DNA from: an uncultured Gemmatimonadales bacterium
GTDB lineage: Bacteria > Gemmatimonadota > Gemmatimonadetes > Longimicrobiales > Longimicrobiaceae
Assembly: GCA_963716255.1 (NCBI GenBank)
Contig: OY970303.1
Coordinates: 5,920,001 to 5,984,000, forward strand
Direction: 5' to 3'
DNA: 64,000 nt
The notes under the pieces are model-generated. The model did not search any database, had not been told where the DNA came from, and was given only the letters and a program-made list of their open reading frames with translations. This document shows positions 60,969 to 64,000 of this stretch, piece by piece (the stretch's first letter is position 1; every line of letters begins with the position of its first letter). Both the position numbers and the translations under genes were made by a program.

Positions 60969-62023
60969 GCCCCGCCCGGGAGCGCGTGTCGCGGCTGCTG
61001 GACCAGGTGCGCGCCGAGTACGCGCCCGACCCGCGGCTGGCCGTGTTCGAGGTGGAGGCCGACGTGGACGGCGACGCGCTGGTGCTCGCCGGCGCCACCT
61101 CCGAGCCCGCCGCCGCCGAGGCGCTGCACCGGGGCGCCGCCTCCCTGGGCGCGTGGAGCGTGGTGCGCGACGAGGTGGCGCGCCTCCCCGCGGGCGACCG
61201 CGCCGAGGCCGCGCACGCCGTGGTCACCTCCGCCATCGCGCCCATGCAGGCCGCCCCCGCCGTCAACACCACCCAGGTGTCGCAGGTGGTGCTGGGCGAC
61301 CACGTCACCGTGCTGCGGCGCCGGGGGCGCTGGCTCCAGTGCCGCGCGCGGGACGGGTACCTGGGGTGGATCCACTGCGGCTACGCGGCGCTGCTGGACG
61401 AGACCGACGCCGTGGCGTGGGAAATGGGGACCCGGGGGGAAGCGTGGATCTCGCTGGGCGCCGAGCTGCGCGACGAGGCGGGCGAGACCTTCGCGCGGCT
61501 CCCCTGGGGCGCGCGCGTGGTGCGCGAGGCCCCGGACCGGGTGCGGCTCCCCGACGGGCGGCGCGGCCGCCCCGCCGGCGAGCTGGTGCCCGCCGCCGAG
61601 CGCCCCCTGCGCTTCCCGCTCCGGGGCGAGGCGGTGGTCGCCACCGCGGGGCGCTGGGTGGGGGCGCCGTACCTGTGGGGGGGGATCACCCCCGCGGGGG
61701 TGGACTGCTCCGGGCTGGTGCAGGCCGCCTACCGGCTGCACGGCCACCTGCTCCCGCGCGACTCCGACATGCAGTCCCGCGTGGGCGATGAGGTGGACCC
61801 CGGCGGCTTCGACGCCTTCCTCCCCGGCGACCTCCTCTTCTTCGCCGAGGACCCGGGGCGCTGCACCCACGTCGTGATGTCCGAGGGGGGCTCGCGCATC
61901 ATCCACTCGTCGCTGGGCAACGGGGGGGTGGCGCGCAACGACCTGCTGGGGACGCACAACTACGAGCGGGAGCTGCGGCGGATCTTTCTGTGCGCCCGGC
62001 GGATCGTGGGGGGCGCGGGGTGA
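60965..62023 (+). CDS. NlpC/P60 peptidase with SH3 domains (YkfC/dipeptidyl-peptidase VI-like)
   Basis: SQVVLG, DGYLGW, PYLWGG, DCSG, LPRDS, GDLLFF, HV, IHS. Confidence 0.88.
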   Translation: MSPARERVSRLLDQVRAEYAPDPRLAVFEVEADVDGDALVLAGATSEPAAAEALHRGAASLGAWSVVRDEVARLPAGDRAEAAHAVVTSAIAPMQAAPAVNTTQVSQVVLGDHVTVLRRRGRWLQCRARDGYLGWIHCGYAALLDETDAVAWEMGTRGEAWISLGAELRDEAGETFARLPWGARVVREAPDRVRLPDGRRGRPAGELVPAAERPLRFPLRGEAVVATAGRWVGAPYLWGGITPAGVDCSGLVQAAYRLHGHLLPRDSDMQSRVGDEVDPGGFDAFLPGDLLFFAEDPGRCTHVVMSEGGSRIIHSSLGNGGVARNDLLGTHNYERELRRIFLCARRIVGGAG

Positions 62024-62040
62024 GGGGCGCCGGGGGCGCC

Positions 62041-62151
62041 TCAGCGCAGGATGAGGAGCTGCACCAGGACCCAGCCCACCAGGATCCCCGCCGCGATCCC
62101 GGCGAGGACCACCCCCCCCAGCTGAAGCTTCTCCCTGGTCCGGACTCGCAC
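62041..62151 (-). CDS. 36-aa single-transmembrane small protein (not in ORF track)
   Basis: GTG start after AGGGAGGAG RBS; MRVRTREKLQLGGVVLAGIAAGILVGWVLVQLLILR; mostly G/C third positions. Confidence 0.6.
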   Translation of the reverse strand: MRVRTREKLQLGGVVLAGIAAGILVGWVLVQLLILR

Positions 62152-62255
62152 GTCGTCTCCTCCCTGGCCGGTTCTGGAACGGTTTCCCCCGCGCCCGGGG
62201 CCCTTTGCGAGGAGCGTGCCGGGGCGGGCGCGGCCCCCGCGCGGGGGACCGCCGA

Positions 62256-62645
62256 ATGATCGTAGGCGTCGGCATGGACCTCGTCCAGGTCCGGCGGGTC
62301 CACGAGCTGCTGGAGCGAAAGGGGGGACGCGCCTTGGCCCGGCTCTTCACCGCCGCCGAGACCGCGCGCTGCCGCGGCGGGCGCAGCCCGCGCGAATCGT
62401 TCGCCGCGCGCTTCGCCGCCAAGGAAGCCTTCTTCAAGGCGCTGGGCACCGGGTGGGGGCGCGGCGGCGCGTGGACCGAGGTGGAGGTGGTCTCCGCCCC
62501 CTCCGGCGCCCCCTCCATCCGCCTCCACGGCGCCGCCGCCGCGCTGGCCCGGGCCGCCGGCGTGGCGCGCGTCCACCTGTCGCTCACCCACACCGACGAA
62601 CTGGCCGCCGCCTACGTGGTGCTGGAAGGCGGCCCGCCCGGTTGA
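62256..62645 (+). CDS. acpS: holo-ACP synthase
   Basis: GVGMDLV, AARFAAKEAFFKALGTG, GAP, HLSLTH. Confidence 0.92.
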   Translation: MIVGVGMDLVQVRRVHELLERKGGRALARLFTAAETARCRGGRSPRESFAARFAAKEAFFKALGTGWGRGGAWTEVEVVSAPSGAPSIRLHGAAAALARAAGVARVHLSLTHTDELAAAYVVLEGGPPG

Positions 62646-62717
62646 CAGCGCGCGCCGATCGCTCCACCTTGCCCGGCTTCCGCGTCCCCTGACGCCCCCT
62701 CGCCCGCCCCGGAGCCG

Positions 62718-63446
62718 TTGAGCGCAGCCCTCCTGTACGCACTCGCCGCCGCCGGGGCCAACCTGGCGGGGGGGCTGGTCATCACCACCGCCTCCCTGCA
62801 GGGCCGGCGCGCGCAGCGGATGCTCATCGCGTTCGGCGCCGGGTTCATGCTGGCCGTCGCCTTCCTGGGAATGATCCCGCACGCCCTGGAGGCCGCCCCC
62901 GGCGCCGCCGCCAGCGTCGCGGCCGGCTACCTGCTGGTGCACCTCACCCAGCACGTCGTCACCCCGCACTTCCACTTCGGCGAGGAGACCCACTCCGACG
63001 AGATGATGGGGCGCTGGGTGGGCGTCGCCGCGCTCCTGGGGCTGCTGCTGCACACCTTCTTCGACGGCGTCGCCATCGCCAGCGGCTTCGGCGTCAGCGC
63101 CGCGCTGGGCTTCCTCGTCTTTTCCGGCATCCTCCTGCACAAGATCCCCGAGGGGGTCACCGTGGCCTCCATCATGCTCGCCAGCGGGAACAGCCGCCAG
63201 CGGGCACTCTGGGCGGTCGTGCTGCTGGGGCTCTCCACCGTGGCCGGGGTGCTGCTCACCGAGCTGGTGGCGCCGCTGCGCACGCACGGGCTGGCGCTCA
63301 GCGCGGGGGTGACGCTGTACGTGGCCGCGTCCAACCTGATCCCCGAGGTGCAGAAGGAGCGGAGCTGGACGTCTGCGCTTTCCGTTTTTGCCGGGTTCGC
63401 GGTGTATTTCCTGGCGCGGTCCCTGGTGGGGGGGATCGTCGAATGA
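62718..63446 (+). CDS. ZIP family metal transporter
   Basis: HFHFGEETH, HTFFDG, LHKIPEG, LYVAASNLIPE. Confidence 0.88.
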   Translation: MSAALLYALAAAGANLAGGLVITTASLQGRRAQRMLIAFGAGFMLAVAFLGMIPHALEAAPGAAASVAAGYLLVHLTQHVVTPHFHFGEETHSDEMMGRWVGVAALLGLLLHTFFDGVAIASGFGVSAALGFLVFSGILLHKIPEGVTVASIMLASGNSRQRALWAVVLLGLSTVAGVLLTELVAPLRTHGLALSAGVTLYVAASNLIPEVQKERSWTSALSVFAGFAVYFLARSLVGGIVE

Positions 63447-63476
63447 ACGGCTTGAACGGCTCTGAACTGCGGGTTC

Positions 63477-63605
63477 GGGCGTGCCCCCGGCTGGCGCCGG
63501 GGTCGGGCTTCGGCTCCGTAGGGCTGCAAACAACGCAGCCCAACGGAGTCGAGCCCGCGCAAACAGCCGCGCGGTCTCGCCCCTTCGGGCCGGAATCCCT
63601 CACGC
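63477..63605 (+). repeat. Structured repeat family B, copy B6
   Basis: Stem GGGCTGC/GCAGCCC around AAACAAC loop. Confidence 0.9.
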
Positions 63606-63615
63606 GGGTTTCGTT

Positions 63616-64000
63616 ATGAGCGACGACACTCTCCCGCTGTTCGGCGACGAGCGGGCCGGGGCGCCTGCGGCGCCGGCGCGCGCGTCCGAGGCGTTCGCCT
63701 CGTCCGCGTCGCGCTCCGGCGCGCCGCTGGCGGAGCGGATGCGGCCGCGGACGCTGGACGAGGTGGTGGGGCAGGAGCACCTGGCGGGGCCCGAGGGGAC
63801 GCTGCGGCGGCTGCTGCGGGCGGGGCACCTCCCCAACCTGATCCTGCACGGGCCGCCGGGGAGCGGAAAGACCACGCTCGCCCGCGTCATCGCCGAGGAG
63901 GCGGAGGCCACCTTCGTCCCCTTCAGCGCCGTGAGCGAGGGGGTGCCGCGGCTGCGCGAGGTCGTCAAGGAGGCCGAGCAGCGGCGGCGCGGCGGGCGGG
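63616..64000 (+). CDS. rarA: replication-associated recombination protein A (partial, runs off window)
   Basis: [34 protein letters not shown]. Confidence 0.9.
   Translation, partial: MSDDTLPLFGDERAGAPAAPARASEAFASSASRSGAPLAERMRPRTLDEVVGQEHLAGPEGTLRRLLRAGHLPNLILHGPPGSGKTTLARVIAEEAEATFVPFSAVSEGVPRLREVVKEAEQRRRGGR

Overview
Very GC-rich bacterial chromosomal segment (>70% GC by eye). It is probably Gemmatimonadota, Longimicrobium-like; this is an inference from the SusC/SusD pair, the TVTPEP-type PEP-CTERM protein and the gene set. Most of it is housekeeping and cell-envelope genes (thiE, mltG, ruvX, ligA, tyrS, folK, aroB, a UvrD/PcrA helicase, mpg, moeA, mobA, gpmI, dacB, recX, acpS, rarA). 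No rRNA, tRNA, CRISPR array, transposase or integrase was seen. Two things stand out. (1) Two families of intergenic structured repeats: A, five copies of ~150 bp, and B, six copies of ~130 bp plus one deletion derivative. Both are built from one hairpin module, GAGCC-stem-AAACNGCC/ATACTGC-stem'-GTCTC (21 copies). The stems vary freely with full compensation while the loop and a basal C.T mismatch are kept, which suggests an undescribed protein-recognised RNA/ssDNA structure. (2) A divergent blaI/blaR1-like regulatory pair with three TACGAA-N4-TTCGTR operators in front of a lipoprotein subclass-B1 metallo-beta-lactamase and two serine beta-lactamase-family hydrolases. Also present: a REC/REC-GGDEF pair coupled to ligA and a V4R gene, a doubly deleted otsA remnant, a NYN-LOTUS-LOTUS RNase with long disordered Arg/Gly tracts, a DUF433/PIN toxin-antitoxin pair, a tandemly duplicated membrane-protein/XRE cassette and an unlisted 36-aa membrane protein. 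All product calls come from motif recognition; no database search was run.
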